Source: Candidatus Moraniibacteriota bacterium (GTDB lineage: Bacteria; Patescibacteriota; Minisyncoccia; Moranbacterales; UBA1568). Taken from it: a DNA stretch of 64,000 bases. Of the stretch, positions 6,211 through 16,704 are shown in pieces. Made by a program: the position numbers and the translations under genes. The DNA lies in the NCBI GenBank assembly GCA_008012175.1, contig SSEF01000020.1, positions 24,002 through 88,001 of the forward strand, given 5' to 3'. The notes below the pieces were generated by a model. That model was given only the letters and a program-made list of their open reading frames with translations, did not search any database and was not told the DNA's origin. Position 1 is the stretch's first letter, and every line of letters begins with the position of its first letter.

Positions 6211-7629
6211 CTACCCTGTCTTGATAAGACGTTTAACTCCGTCACGGAATTGGTTGCCACGATCAAACTCATTCTGAAAAAGCCCAAAGCTCGCGACACC
6301 GGGCGAAAGTAGGACGACATCGCCGGAACAGGCTTCATCGGTTGCGACCCGAATTGCGTCTTCCATGCTCGTGACGACCGGAAAGACGGCTTCCGATTTT
6401 CCCATCGCAGTTGCCTCTTTCTCCATGAGGGGCAGGAGTTTTTCCGTTGCCGTCCCTTGAAGCAGGATCACTGCCTTTGGCTCGCTCACGAAAACACGCG
6501 CGAGCTCGGCATAATCAAATGCCTTGTCTGCGCCGCCTGCAATGAGCACGACTGGCTCCTCAAATGATCGAATTCCAGCAATCGCCGCTTCAGGCATGGT
6601 TGCCGCCGTATCATTATAAAAAACAACTCCGCTTTTCTCACCGACGCGTTCAAGCCGATGCGGGACACCAGCAAAGTTTTCAAGTGCCGCAAGAAGAGCA
6701 TCCGAACGTACGTTCTGGAGACGCGCTACAGCAATCGCTGCGAGGATATTGCCACGGTTATGCTGGCCCCGAAGTGCTGTCTTCGGCCAAGGGAAAAGCT
6801 CGGATTCCCTTTCCATCACCCGTTCAAACACATGGCCGTCCCGGACAAAAATCCCTTCATCCTGCAGCATGTCTCCATCGGAAAACCACACGACTCGACC
6901 AGGGGCTTTCGCCGCGAAAGCCCGTGTGCCTTCGTTGTCTCGATTAAGAATAAGCACATCGTCTTTCTTCTGGTAACGGAAAATGATCTCCTTATCGGAC
7001 ACATAAGCCGTCATCTTCTTGTAGTAGTTCAGATGGTCGGGATAGATATTTGTCACTACCGCAATAACCGGAGAGTACTTATGTGAAGCAAAGGATGAAA
7101 GACGCCAGCTCGAGAGTTCAGCAACCGCCAGCGCCCGCTCTGACACTTCATCAATCGCATCCAGAAATCCTACCTGATTGATCCCTACTCGGACGATTTC
7201 CTGATTGGACTGTTCAAGGATATGAGCGATAAGAGAAGCTGTTGTTGTTTTTCCCTTAGTTCCGGTGATGCCGATCATCGGCCGCTTTACAAGCGCAGTA
7301 AAAATGCTTGCATCCATCTCGACTGGTACCCCATTCTCCAAGGCGATCCTGATATACTCGTTTGTCCAGGGAATACCAGGATTCTTCACGACCATATCAG
7401 TTTGAGTGAAATCCTCTGGACGGTGTTGGCCAAGTACATAGACTATGTTCTTGTACTTCGAGAGTTCTGCCAGAGTTGGAGCGAGGTCTTCTCTTGTTTT
7501 GATATCAGTCGCAATCACTTCACGAACGCCGACATCGATTAGAAATTTTATCACTGCCAAAGCACCTCGGTTAAGACCGATACCGAAGACCGTGATACGC
7601 TTTCCTTTGAACCATTCGCGTTTCAACAT
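6211..7629 (-). CDS. murD: UDP-N-acetylmuramoyl-L-alanine--D-glutamate ligase MurD
   Basis: 472 aa. It has a Mur ligase N-terminal Rossmann domain, the P-loop GITGTKGKTTT, and the typical MurD length. Confidence 0.88.
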   Translation of the reverse strand: MLKREWFKGKRITVFGIGLNRGALAVIKFLIDVGVREVIATDIKTREDLAPTLAELSKYKNIVYVLGQHRPEDFTQTDMVVKNPGIPWTNEYIRIALENGVPVEMDASIFTALVKRPMIGITGTKGKTTTASLIAHILEQSNQEIVRVGINQVGFLDAIDEVSERALAVAELSSWRLSSFASHKYSPVIAVVTNIYPDHLNYYKKMTAYVSDKEIIFRYQKKDDVLILNRDNEGTRAFAAKAPGRVVWFSDGDMLQDEGIFVRDGHVFERVMERESELFPWPKTALRGQHNRGNILAAIAVARLQNVRSDALLAALENFAGVPHRLERVGEKSGVVFYNDTAATMPEAAIAGIRSFEEPVVLIAGGADKAFDYAELARVFVSEPKAVILLQGTATEKLLPLMEKEATAMGKSEAVFPVVTSMEDAIRVATDEACSGDVVLLSPGVASFGLFQNEFDRGNQFRDGVKRLIKTG

Positions 7630-7644
7630 AGTGAGAGAGTCACT

Positions 7645-8277
7645 TTATCGATCAGTTCTTCTCATGAGGCTGGAAGCGGCATACAAACCGAGCGCCACGA
7701 CACCACCAAGTATATCAGCAAGCATGTCTTTCTGAGCATCCCAAACATCCCCCTGACTCCCGAGAAAGGCAATTCCAGCCGCTGGATCACTCAGAGACAC
7801 GTACCACCATTCAATAATCTCGTAACCCATCGCAACGAAAGCAACGGCGAAAAGCGGGAGGAGGTAGGTAACGAATCGACGATTAGCTGCGCCCGTTTGG
7901 TCGACCCACTCAGCAATGGCGTAGGCATAGAAACCAACGGAAAAGTGCGCGACACGATCATACATGTTTCGTTCAAAACCGAACAGTTCACCAAACCATT
8001 CAAACGGTACTCGTTCGAAAGTATAGTGCCCACCAACCGTATGCGCAAAAACCAGCACGCTCATGAGTACGTAGGCAAGCGGAGAAAACCGGACTTCCCT
8101 GAAGTACAAGACCGTCAAGCAAAGAACGATGCCGACGATCGGCAGGTTCTCAGCGTACCAGACCATTCGGTCGTGCGGTGCAACGGAAAGGACGATGAAG
8201 AGTAGGATGTAGGCGCTCAGCAGGAATCTTGGTACAAAAGCATTCAAGCGCTCCATATAAATCACCAGGGTAGCCAA
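7645..8277 (-). CDS. DUF2238/YjdF-family inner membrane protein
   Basis: 210 aa and polytopic. The motif FERNMYDRVAHF resembles the RNxYDRxxHF signature of the YjdF family. Confidence 0.5.
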   Translation of the reverse strand: MATLVIYMERLNAFVPRFLLSAYILLFIVLSVAPHDRMVWYAENLPIVGIVLCLTVLYFREVRFSPLAYVLMSVLVFAHTVGGHYTFERVPFEWFGELFGFERNMYDRVAHFSVGFYAYAIAEWVDQTGAANRRFVTYLLPLFAVAFVAMGYEIIEWWYVSLSDPAAGIAFLGSQGDVWDAQKDMLADILGGVVALGLYAASSLMRRTDR

Positions 8278-9851
8278 GAATGCGGTTTCCGATAAATTGT
8301 ACCGGGCCGCTTGCCATTATACACCCCGTTTTCAATTACCAAAACGCCATTGATGAGGAGCGAGCTGACGCCTTCTGCATACTGATAAGGATCCTCTATC
8401 GTTGCCTTATCTGTAATAGTATTCGGATCAAATACAACGATATCCGCCAAATAGCCGGTTTTTAGAAATCCCCGACCAGCTAACTTGAACTTCGTTGCTG
8501 GCTTACCGGTCATCTTGTGCACTGCTTCCTCCCAAGAAAGCGAGTGCTGGCGCCGAACATATTCGGAAAATACCCGAGGAAAAGTACCGAAATTTCTTGG
8601 GTGAACGTGATCACCTGTTTTTGCATGTTCGAGAGTATAGCCCGATCCATTTGAACTCACGATCGAGAAAGGGTGACGGATCGCTTTCTGAACATTCTTC
8701 TCCGAAAGAGTCTCTAGCGAAACAATCGCCCGGCCCTCGCTCGCGAGCAGCACGTCGATAACAACATCTTCCGGAGACTTTCCATGAAGACTGGAAATTT
8801 CTGAAACCTTGCGCCGCGTGAGCATCTTGCTGATATTTGTGATGGAGAGGATCATTGAGGAATAGTCCGTGCCACTCTTCCGCATCTCAGCTACAACTGC
8901 CTCCCGAACCTTTGGATCGCGCAACCGGGCAAGCATGAGCTTGGCGCCATTTTCTGTTATCCAGGTTGGGAGAAATGTATACAGCACCGAACCCGTGACC
9001 GTATACGGGTAAACATCAAAACTAATATCCAGCTGATTGAGTGCTGCGGTCTCAATCAGATTGAAAGCTTCCTCCATGAGCGGCCAATTCTTCTTCCCAA
9101 CGGCTTTGAGATGGGAGATATGGAGTGGCACGTTGGATTTTCTCGCTACGGTAACCGCTTCCTCGACTGCCTTCGTGAGCCCTTCCCCCTCGTCACGAAC
9201 ATAGGTCGCATAAATCCCTTTCTCGCTCCGGACAAGGTCTACAAGCCGGAGAATTTCATTCATATGTGCACCGCGAGCATGCGTATAAAGAAGGCCCGTG
9301 GAGAATCCGATTGCCCCTTCGCGAAATGCTTGCTTCAACTGCCGTTCCATAACCTCCACTTCCGCATCATGAATCGGACGAGTTTCGTCTTTCATCGCAC
9401 CCCGGCGGAGAGTTCCATGGCCGATGAGCGTAGCAAAATTTACGGCCGGACGGCGCCTCTCAAGCGCCTCATAAAACTCGGCCAGGGTAAGCCAATTGAA
9501 GTTGATTTTGCTTACGTCAGTCCATTTTTGGATAGAGCGAATGATGTCCGGACGCACAAGCGGAGCGAGCGATGCTCCGGAATTGCCGCCGACGATTGTC
9601 GTTACGCCCTGATAGAGAAGGCTTTCAAGCGATGGAAAAGCCAAAAGCTGCCAATAGGTATCCGAATGATTATTCACGTCGATGAAACCGGGTGCAACAT
9701 ACTTTCCCGTTGCATCGATGACGCGCTCGGCAGCGCCGTTCACATTGCCGATAGCAACGATCCGCTCCTCCTGGATAGCAATATCGCCACGAAACATTGG
9801 CTCTCCAGAGCCATCAACTAAGGTTCCGTTCTTGATGAGAACATCGTACAT
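8262..9851 (-). CDS. N-acyl-D-amino-acid deacylase (D-aminoacylase), amidohydrolase superfamily
   Basis: 529 aa. N-terminus DVLIKNGTLVDGSG...IAIQEERIVAIG...ATGKYVAPGFIDVNNHSD (metal-binding HxH/HSD). C-terminal ...GYLADIVVFDP... is typical of D-aminoacylases. Confidence 0.7.
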   Translation of the reverse strand: MYDVLIKNGTLVDGSGEPMFRGDIAIQEERIVAIGNVNGAAERVIDATGKYVAPGFIDVNNHSDTYWQLLAFPSLESLLYQGVTTIVGGNSGASLAPLVRPDIIRSIQKWTDVSKINFNWLTLAEFYEALERRRPAVNFATLIGHGTLRRGAMKDETRPIHDAEVEVMERQLKQAFREGAIGFSTGLLYTHARGAHMNEILRLVDLVRSEKGIYATYVRDEGEGLTKAVEEAVTVARKSNVPLHISHLKAVGKKNWPLMEEAFNLIETAALNQLDISFDVYPYTVTGSVLYTFLPTWITENGAKLMLARLRDPKVREAVVAEMRKSGTDYSSMILSITNISKMLTRRKVSEISSLHGKSPEDVVIDVLLASEGRAIVSLETLSEKNVQKAIRHPFSIVSSNGSGYTLEHAKTGDHVHPRNFGTFPRVFSEYVRRQHSLSWEEAVHKMTGKPATKFKLAGRGFLKTGYLADIVVFDPNTITDKATIEDPYQYAEGVSSLLINGVLVIENGVYNGKRPGTIYRKPHSWLPW

Positions 9852-9875
9852 AACCTATCCACCGCTCATTTATCT

Positions 9876-10889
9876 TTATTTGACGAGCGTCACCATTTCG
9901 ACAAGTCGATTCGAGTACCCCCATTCGTTATCATACCACGCAACGATCTTTACCAAATCACCATCAATGACTTTTGTCAGTGACAAATCGACGATAGAAG
10001 AGTGCGGATTGCCTATGAAATCAGAAGACACGAGCGGCTCACTGGTCACCGCGAGCACGTGAGCATAACGCGGATTACGGCTCGCCTCCGTCAAGGCAGT
10101 ATTAATCTCTTGGACCGTCGTTTTCTTTTTCAAGAGAAACGTAAAATCTGTCAGTGAAACCACGACGGTTGGGACGCGAAATGACAGACCGTCAAAATGC
10201 CCTTTAAGTTCCGGAATTACCTGGGTCACAGCAATCGCCGCGCCCGTCGTTGTTGGGACAATATTCTGCGCCGCGGCGCGAGCACGACGCAAATCCCTGT
10301 GTGGACCGTCTTGCAAGCTCTGATCGGCAGTATAAGAATGAATGGTACTCATGAGTGCCTTCTCAATACCAAACCGTTCGTGCAGCACCTTAGCGACTGG
10401 CGCGAGTGAATTAGTCGTGCATGACGCATTGGAAATCATGGTCTCGCCAGCATAACCATCCGCATTTACACCGATAAGAAATGTTGGAACAGCACCATCA
10501 TCACCCTTTGACGGGGCAGAGAGTATCACGTGCTTCGCACCAGCCTCAATATGCTGCGCGATCGCGTCTCGATCAGTGAGACGCCCAGTACATTCAAGAA
10601 CAACATCAATTGCAAGCGCTTTCCATGGGAGCTTGAGAGGGTCCGGCTCGGCATACACAGGGTACTCTTTGCCATCGACAACAAGCTTCCTCTCTCCCGC
10701 TGTAACTGTTTTTGCATACTGGCCATAAGCCGTATCGTGCGCAAGAAGATGGGCCAAGACACTCGCCTCAGTCAGGTCATTGATCGCAACGATCTCTATT
10801 TCTGGCTTCTCCAAGGCTATCTTAAATGCTGCGCGACCAATCCGGCCAAAACCGTTGATGGCAACTCTCTTCTTTTCCATAGGCTGCAT
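9876..10889 (-). CDS. gap: Glyceraldehyde-3-phosphate dehydrogenase (type I)
   Basis: 337 aa. INGFGRIGR NAD motif, active site SNASCTTN, and C-terminal WYDNEWGYS. Confidence 0.95.
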   Translation of the reverse strand: MQPMEKKRVAINGFGRIGRAAFKIALEKPEIEIVAINDLTEASVLAHLLAHDTAYGQYAKTVTAGERKLVVDGKEYPVYAEPDPLKLPWKALAIDVVLECTGRLTDRDAIAQHIEAGAKHVILSAPSKGDDGAVPTFLIGVNADGYAGETMISNASCTTNSLAPVAKVLHERFGIEKALMSTIHSYTADQSLQDGPHRDLRRARAAAQNIVPTTTGAAIAVTQVIPELKGHFDGLSFRVPTVVVSLTDFTFLLKKKTTVQEINTALTEASRNPRYAHVLAVTSEPLVSSDFIGNPHSSIVDLSLTKVIDGDLVKIVAWYDNEWGYSNRLVEMVTLVK

Positions 10890-10926
10890 GTTAAACAGTG
10901 ATTTACGTCTTCTGTACTATACTCTC

Positions 10927-11787
10927 TCAGGCCCTGCCAGACGAACCGAAAAGATCCATCTTCGCCTTCACAGCTTCACGGAATGCTTCTCGAGCAGGCA
11001 TGAGTATTTTCCGGATATCAACGGCATCATTCGTAGGAAGTGTCTGACGAAGCGTCTGAATGAACGCTGTCTTCGTTGCAGTCTCGACATTGAAACAGGC
11101 GACACCCAGGCGGATGACTCGGTCAACCTTCTCTCCCTCCCAATCCGAAGCGCCATGGAGCACTAGTGGGAGATTGATGCGCTCACGAATCGCCGCCAGT
11201 CGATCAAAATCTGGCTCAGGCCGCTCAGGAAATGACCCGTGTGCATTGCCGATCCCAATTGCAAGGGTATCGACAGCTGTTGTCCGGACATAGGCATCGG
11301 CCTGCGCAGGATTTGTCATATACCTATCCCAATCCATATGTTCAATATCCGCAATTTCTCCTTTGTACGGAACGTTGCCCAGCTCCCCCTGAACGGTCGC
11401 GCCTTTCACATGAGCTTCACGGACGATTGCTGCGGTCGACTCCATATTCTCCTCATACGGCAATGTTGACGCGTCCATCATCACTGACTTGAAACCAATC
11501 GCGAGCGCCTCACGAACAACCGCTACATTACGGCCATGATCGAGATGGATCGCCAACGGGATATCAGGAAAATAAAAATCAGCGATATTCTTCACAAGAT
11601 GATACATCGCATGGCCACCGCCATACTGAAAAGTTTTCTCCGTCATCTGAATAATGACCGGTGAGCGTTTTTCGGCTGCAGCTTCCAGAATCGCCCATGT
11701 TGTTTCAAGATTGACGGTATTGAAAGCTCCTACAGCGTAACCGCTCTTTTGGGCCTCCGTCAGGATCTTCTTGGCTGAGATAATCAT
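10927..11787 (-). CDS. fba: Class II fructose-bisphosphate aldolase
   Basis: 286 aa. HLDHG metal-binding motif, GNxHG and LVLHGASD motifs of FbaA/TBP aldolases. Confidence 0.9.
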   Translation of the reverse strand: MIISAKKILTEAQKSGYAVGAFNTVNLETTWAILEAAAEKRSPVIIQMTEKTFQYGGGHAMYHLVKNIADFYFPDIPLAIHLDHGRNVAVVREALAIGFKSVMMDASTLPYEENMESTAAIVREAHVKGATVQGELGNVPYKGEIADIEHMDWDRYMTNPAQADAYVRTTAVDTLAIGIGNAHGSFPERPEPDFDRLAAIRERINLPLVLHGASDWEGEKVDRVIRLGVACFNVETATKTAFIQTLRQTLPTNDAVDIRKILMPAREAFREAVKAKMDLFGSSGRA

Positions 11788-11801
11788 AGCGTCCCGGGGT
11801 T

Positions 11802-12581
11802 TTATGACGATCGTCCTAAGGTTTGCTCGGCATCGAGCATCATCTTCACAAGTTCGCGCGGATACAGGCTCTCTCCACCGACAAGAACTCCTGCCATCTC
11901 GGCCTCCCAGGAGACAGATGCGAGCGTCGCTGCTTTCACTGACCCCCCGTAGATGACTGCTATACGCTCAGCCAGTACCGGGTCATAGAGCTCGGAAAAA
12001 AGCTTGCGAAGATAGACCCTGACCTGGAGGATATCTGCCGTTGAAGGCGTTATGCCCGTACCAATCGCCCAGCGCGGCTCGTAAGCAACTAATATACGCT
12101 CTGCAAAAAGTGGTGAGAGGCCAGAAAAAACCGGCCGGACAGTTCGCTCAATAACCGCTGCCGTTTCATCGCATCGGCGCTCCTCGGCCGTCTCTCCAAG
12201 ACAAACAATCGGGATCAGGTTCTCCTTGAGCGCAAGCCGCGTCTTCATTGCAACGAGCTCATCGGTCTCTGCCGCGTACATACGGCGCTCGCTATGGCCA
12301 AGAATAACGTATTCGACACCTGCGTCACGAAGCATGAGAGGAGAAATCTCGCCCGTGAAGGCCCCTTTTGTTTCCCAGCCCATATTTTGAGCAGCGATTG
12401 AAAAGCCGTCCGGTATATGACTGAAGCCTCCAAGATGGATGCTCGGCGGTGCAATAATACCGCGCGCATTCGGAAACGACTTGCCGGAGGATTCGCGACG
12501 GAGCTGTGACAGATACTCGGCCACTTCCTCACGACTTTGGAGGTTCATCTTCAAATTCCCGATGACATAGAAGGGCGCCAT
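11802..12581 (-). CDS. tpiA: Triosephosphate isomerase
   Basis: 259 aa. GNLKMN, GHSERR and AYEPRWAIGTG active-site motifs. Confidence 0.92.
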   Translation of the reverse strand: MAPFYVIGNLKMNLQSREEVAEYLSQLRRESSGKSFPNARGIIAPPSIHLGGFSHIPDGFSIAAQNMGWETKGAFTGEISPLMLRDAGVEYVILGHSERRMYAAETDELVAMKTRLALKENLIPIVCLGETAEERRCDETAAVIERTVRPVFSGLSPLFAERILVAYEPRWAIGTGITPSTADILQVRVYLRKLFSELYDPVLAERIAVIYGGSVKAATLASVSWEAEMAGVLVGGESLYPRELVKMMLDAEQTLGRSS

Positions 12582-12592
12582 ATGATTTTCTG

Positions 12593-13618
12593 TCAGGCTA
12601 CTTTCAACTGTTCGCGGAGAAAGGTGGCTGCTTTCTCGGGCTCGATCGATGAGATTTCGATCCCTGTTGAAAGCTCGAAGCCGGCCCAGGTCGCCGTATG
12701 CGGTGCAATTTCAATGTGCCACTGGAAATGCGGATAGTCCTTGCCATCACACGGTGCAGTATAGAGATAAAAATTATAGGCCGGATCTCCCAATCCTACA
12801 TAGATTGACTGGAGTGCTTTTTGAAGAGCATCGCCTGCTGTGAATTTTTCGGCCTCAGTCATCCGCTCGAAATATGGATTAGGTCGTTTTCCTACGACCC
12901 AGAGCTCAAATGCGACACGCGACGCATACGGAGCAAAGACAACAAAATCATCGTTCTCATAGACGAGTCGCTTTCGTTTTTCCTGTTCATAATCGACCAT
13001 AACACTGTAGACACGCTGACGATGACTCTTGTAGAAGCGCTCTGCACCGGAAAGGATCGATTCGACATATGGCGCTACGACCGGCACAGCCATGAGCTGG
13101 GAGTGCGGATGCGCGACGGAAGCGCCAGCTTCCTTGCCATGATTATGAAAAATCTGGATATAATTGACGCTCGCCTTGTTCATAAGCGCGAGATAACGGT
13201 CCTGATACGCGTCAAGGAGCTCCGCTACCTGCCAGTTCTCGAAAAGAGCGATCGAGCGATCCGCATCGCGCGTCACGATGACCTCATGGTATCCAACGGC
13301 AGACATGCCGAAATACGGACCATCAGCAAGCGACTTCGGACGACCATTTGAACGCGATACTGCCGGATACTTGTTGGGAAAAACCCGCAGGCTCCAGTCG
13401 CCGTCCGGGCGCATATAGATGAGTGTGTCTTCCTCTTGCCCGCTTGCTTCTGGATTCTCAAAAATATCCGGGCTCTTGGCCGTGTCAGCGCGGGGCGGAG
13501 CAACAAAGTCATCGGGACGCTTTGCTCGGGCTGTCGCTATGATGACCCAGTCCCCGGTCACCAGATCCTGCCGAAGTTCGGATACTCCTTGACGCTTGTT
13601 TTCTTCTCTGGCTGCCAT
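12593..13618 (-). CDS. galT: Galactose-1-phosphate uridylyltransferase (HIT superfamily)
   Basis: 341 aa. HPHSQ (HxHxQ) active-site motif and a GalT-like two-domain pattern. Confidence 0.75.
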   Translation of the reverse strand: MAAREENKRQGVSELRQDLVTGDWVIIATARAKRPDDFVAPPRADTAKSPDIFENPEASGQEEDTLIYMRPDGDWSLRVFPNKYPAVSRSNGRPKSLADGPYFGMSAVGYHEVIVTRDADRSIALFENWQVAELLDAYQDRYLALMNKASVNYIQIFHNHGKEAGASVAHPHSQLMAVPVVAPYVESILSGAERFYKSHRQRVYSVMVDYEQEKRKRLVYENDDFVVFAPYASRVAFELWVVGKRPNPYFERMTEAEKFTAGDALQKALQSIYVGLGDPAYNFYLYTAPCDGKDYPHFQWHIEIAPHTATWAGFELSTGIEISSIEPEKAATFLREQLKVA

Positions 13619-13660
13619 GGTATGTGTTTTTGTTCGTGTTTTCCTACTCCAGATCCTCGG

Positions 13661-14524
13661 CTAGGACTTGTAGTCACCTATCCTGTACTGCCCGGTCAAA
13701 AGACGCCATTTTGTCTTGAAGAGATCGATAAGCACCTGGATGAAACCGTTTGGGCCGGTAAGACTCACGGTCGAGCCTTCCTCATTCATCCAGCGGACTG
13801 GGATTTGTTTCACTTTGAAGCCCAGCTTTTCCGCGAGTACGATGAGCTCGAAATCAAAACCGAAACGATCAACCACCATTCGGCTCGCGATCGCCTCCGC
13901 AGCCTTTCCAGAGAGAACCTTGAACCCACACTGCGTATCTGGATAGCGCCAGAGCCCCAAGATGATGCGGATAAGCCAATTGCCTCCCTCGCCCATGATT
14001 TCCCGATGACGCGGCTGATGAACCTGGATGAATGAGCCTTCGATCTTGCGCGATCCGATTACAACATCATAGCCTTCTTGGAGGAGTGGGAGGCTCGCAT
14101 CAAGATGTGAGATGGCTGTTGATCCGTCAGCATCGAGAAAAACCCGGTATGTTCCCTTCCCTTCAAGAAGCGCCTGACGGACGACGTAGCCCTTGCCGTG
14201 GTTCTCGGGATTATTGACAACTCGAAGGTGCGGAACGGTAAGTGCATAGTTCCGGGCTACCTCAGCTGTATTGTCCGGTGATCCATCGACGACGACGATA
14301 ATCTCATAGGTAAACGTCTTGCTCTTGAGATAGCGATCAATCTCGAGCAAGTTATGGCCGATGCGCTCGCCTTCTTTGTATGCAGGAATCAAGACCGACA
14401 GGTATGGGGTCTCCATAGGAACGAAACAGTTAAAGCTTACGGCTTTATTGTAGCATAATAATCCCCAGTCCCGGGGAAAACCAGCCGCGGACAAGGAAGC
14501 TACAACGAGGAGAAATTTCATCAC
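13661..14524 (-). CDS. Family 2 glycosyltransferase (dolichyl-phosphate sugar transferase-like); the likely start is the internal Met at about 14416
   Basis: LSVLIPAYKEGERIG...IIVVVDGSPDNT...FLDADG are GT-A fold DxD motifs. Confidence 0.78.
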   Translation of the reverse strand: MMKFLLVVASLSAAGFPRDWGLLCYNKAVSFNCFVPMETPYLSVLIPAYKEGERIGHNLLEIDRYLKSKTFTYEIIVVVDGSPDNTAEVARNYALTVPHLRVVNNPENHGKGYVVRQALLEGKGTYRVFLDADGSTAISHLDASLPLLQEGYDVVIGSRKIEGSFIQVHQPRHREIMGEGGNWLIRIILGLWRYPDTQCGFKVLSGKAAEAIASRMVVDRFGFDFELIVLAEKLGFKVKQIPVRWMNEEGSTVSLTGPNGFIQVLIDLFKTKWRLLTGQYRIGDYKS

Positions 14525-14550
14525 GCGCCTTCATCTTCCCCTGCTATCGG

Positions 14551-14621
14551 TCGGGCTGCCGGGAATCGAACCCGGCCTACGTGCACCCCATGCACGCGTA
14601 CTGCCGATATACTACAGCCCG
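14551..14621 (-). tRNA. tRNA-Pro (anticodon GGG)
   Basis: Hand-folded cloverleaf. Acceptor CGGGCTG/CAGCCCG with the C1-G72 pair typical of tRNA-Pro. Anticodon stem CGTGC/GCACG, loop ATGGGGT with G37. T-arm CCGGG-TTCGATT-CCCGG. The 3' end is followed by CCG, so CCA is not encoded. Confidence 0.78.
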
Positions 14622-15126
14622 AATAACTTGTAGTCCCTGCGCTATTAAGAGGAAAGGAGTGTTTGAAACAGAGTGAGGATATCAAACTGGGAAGAAATTG
14701 AAAAGGAGTCTCTTGTGGAGGCTCCTTCTTGCCGCGTTGCGGCGGTGGCCCTGGGGCCGAAAGACGGTCATCTGCCGCCAGATTGCTTTTTCTCTTCCCC
14801 GAACGCCGGAATACCGTGTTCAGCGAGATGGTAGGATGTGTCTTCCATGTTCGGGTTCACGCTGCCATCATCCAGTCCGGTCCGATCAATAACCAGCGCC
14901 AGCCTTTCCCGAATGGTTTGCTCGGGGAGATCCAGGCGCCCTACTTGGTTCAGATCATCCATTTTATGCTCCTTTGAATCAGGGTAGAGGCATCGCCCCT
15001 ACAAAACAGAGAAAAACCCCGCTGATACGCACGGATGCGATTCAGCAGCAGGCCACCATATTCCCAGTCACCAGCCAGGAAATATACGCTATCCTATACC
15101 TATTGGATTTTTTTGCAAGGGCATAC

Positions 15127-15156
15127 AAAAAGGCCCCATCAGGGGTCCTTTTGGAA
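15127..15156 (-). terminator. Intrinsic terminator downstream of ndk
   Basis: GC stem AAAAGGCCCC...GGGGTCCTTTT. On the minus strand it is followed by TTTTTGTATG. It starts 20 nt 3' of the ndk stop codon. Confidence 0.55.
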
Positions 15157-15173
15157 GATGCTTCTACAGTTAC

Positions 15174-15806
15174 CTATTCAAGGATACCATCGAGATTTAC
15201 ATCGTAGAGGATCTGCTCCTGGACGAGGCGATACTTCAGGATCTCGGACTCTTCGAACCAGATCGGGATCTCGCGTTCGGCCTCCTCCGGACTATCAGAG
15301 CAGTGCACCAGATTTCGAACAGCACGGTTGTCGATAGAGGAAAGCGCGTAGGAATCCACGGTCAGGTCGCCGCGAATCGTGCCGACATCCGATGTGGTCG
15401 GTTCAGTCCCGCCGACGAGCTTCTTCACGATAGCGACGGACTGGTTGCCCTCGACGACGAACGCGAGGACCGGGCCTGATGTGAAAAAATCGACGTTCGC
15501 CTGGATGATGTCCTTGCCGTACTCGATCGGCTCCTTGTCGATAGAAAGCCCCTGAGCCTTGCGATCATCGACGACGCGCCCGCCCTTCTTCAGGAACCAT
15601 TCCTCGTCTTTGTTATAGTGCGTCCAGCACTGCTCCGCCTTTGGGAGGATGAACTTCATCGCCACGAACTTGAGGCCGGTATTCTCGATGCGCGACAGGA
15701 TAGTCCCCATGAGCGAGCGCTGGATAGCGTCTGGCTTCAGGATGACGAGCGAACGTTCTTTCTTCGGATGCGCGGCGACCATAGGCTCTTCCTTTATGAA
15801 AAACAA
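15174..15806 (-). CDS. ndk: Nucleoside-diphosphate kinase (longer than usual; the likely start is Met9)
   Basis: VILKPDAIQRSLMGTILSRIENTGLKFVAMKF and NLVHCSDSPEEAEREI (active-site His) are NDK signatures. Confidence 0.85.
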   Translation of the reverse strand: MFFIKEEPMVAAHPKKERSLVILKPDAIQRSLMGTILSRIENTGLKFVAMKFILPKAEQCWTHYNKDEEWFLKKGGRVVDDRKAQGLSIDKEPIEYGKDIIQANVDFFTSGPVLAFVVEGNQSVAIVKKLVGGTEPTTSDVGTIRGDLTVDSYALSSIDNRAVRNLVHCSDSPEEAEREIPIWFEESEILKYRLVQEQILYDVNLDGILE

Positions 15807-15855
15807 TTACGCTCGGACTCTAACACGAAATTCATTTTACTGCAAGGGTCTCGCG

Positions 15856-16704
15856 TTATTCTTTCCTCTTGCAGCGGTTTTCCCGACACGTATAGACAAT
15901 GTCGCCATCGGTATCCGTCCGACGGATTGCAGCACCGTGCGCTGAAAGCCGAGCAAGGACACTCGCATGCGGATGACCATAGCTGTTCTCCCCAACTGAG
16001 ATGACCGCTTCGTCTGGCTGTACGAGATCAAGAAATGCATCGCTCGTCGAATACTGCGAGCCGTGATGTGCCACTTTGAGAATAGCAGAGGGCCCGATAT
16101 CCGGGATGAACTGTTCCTCATCCGGCAGATCCCCCGCGAGGAGGAAGCTCGTCTCGCCGAATTCGAAACGAGCAACCACACTCCCCTCATTCGTCTCAGG
16201 CACATCGGCTGGAAGCGGCGCATATGGATAAAGGAAAGAGAGCCGACCGCCCTCTGGCAAATCAAGCACTGTACCGCGAAGCGCCGGGATGATCCGAGCA
16301 CCTTCACGCTCGAGGTCGCGATAAAAGAGAAACGCTGATTTCGTATCGGTCCGGGCACCGGTATCGGCAGCCATCACCACTTGATAGCGTTCGAGAAGAG
16401 CTGATAATCCGCCAACATGGTCGGCATCCGGATGCGTCGGAATGAGGAGTTCGATCGTCCGGTCGTAGAACGGCACATAGCGGCCGATCCGAGAGAGAAG
16501 ACGCCGCCCATCGCGACCGCCATCAACCAGGATCTGGTTCATGCCCTGCGAAATAAGAATGGCGTCTCCCTGTCCGACCGAGAGAAAAACAACGCGCGTC
16601 TCATCGATATCGGTATGGATAAGGTAGAGCCATGCGCCAAATACCACTACTAATACTGCAAGAAGTATTAGGAAAGTTGTTTTAGTGGCCCATCCCCAAT
16701 GCAT
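15856..16704 (-). CDS. comEC: ComEC/Rec2 C-terminal metallo-beta-lactamase-fold domain protein
   Basis: 282 aa. N-terminal TM helix, then HPDADHVGGL (an HxHxDH-like MBL motif) and VAHHGS. It overlaps the upstream comEC membrane part by 23 nt in another frame. Confidence 0.72.
   Translation of the reverse strand: MHWGWATKTTFLILLAVLVVVFGAWLYLIHTDIDETRVVFLSVGQGDAILISQGMNQILVDGGRDGRRLLSRIGRYVPFYDRTIELLIPTHPDADHVGGLSALLERYQVVMAADTGARTDTKSAFLFYRDLEREGARIIPALRGTVLDLPEGGRLSFLYPYAPLPADVPETNEGSVVARFEFGETSFLLAGDLPDEEQFIPDIGPSAILKVAHHGSQYSTSDAFLDLVQPDEAVISVGENSYGHPHASVLARLSAHGAAIRRTDTDGDIVYTCRENRCKRKE

Noticed and set aside
14768-14962. 64-aa ORF between tRNA-Pro and the ndk terminator
   Set aside because: It is short with no motif, and it lies downstream of a strong terminator without an obvious start context. 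It was left unannotated. It could be real and small, but it is unsupported.
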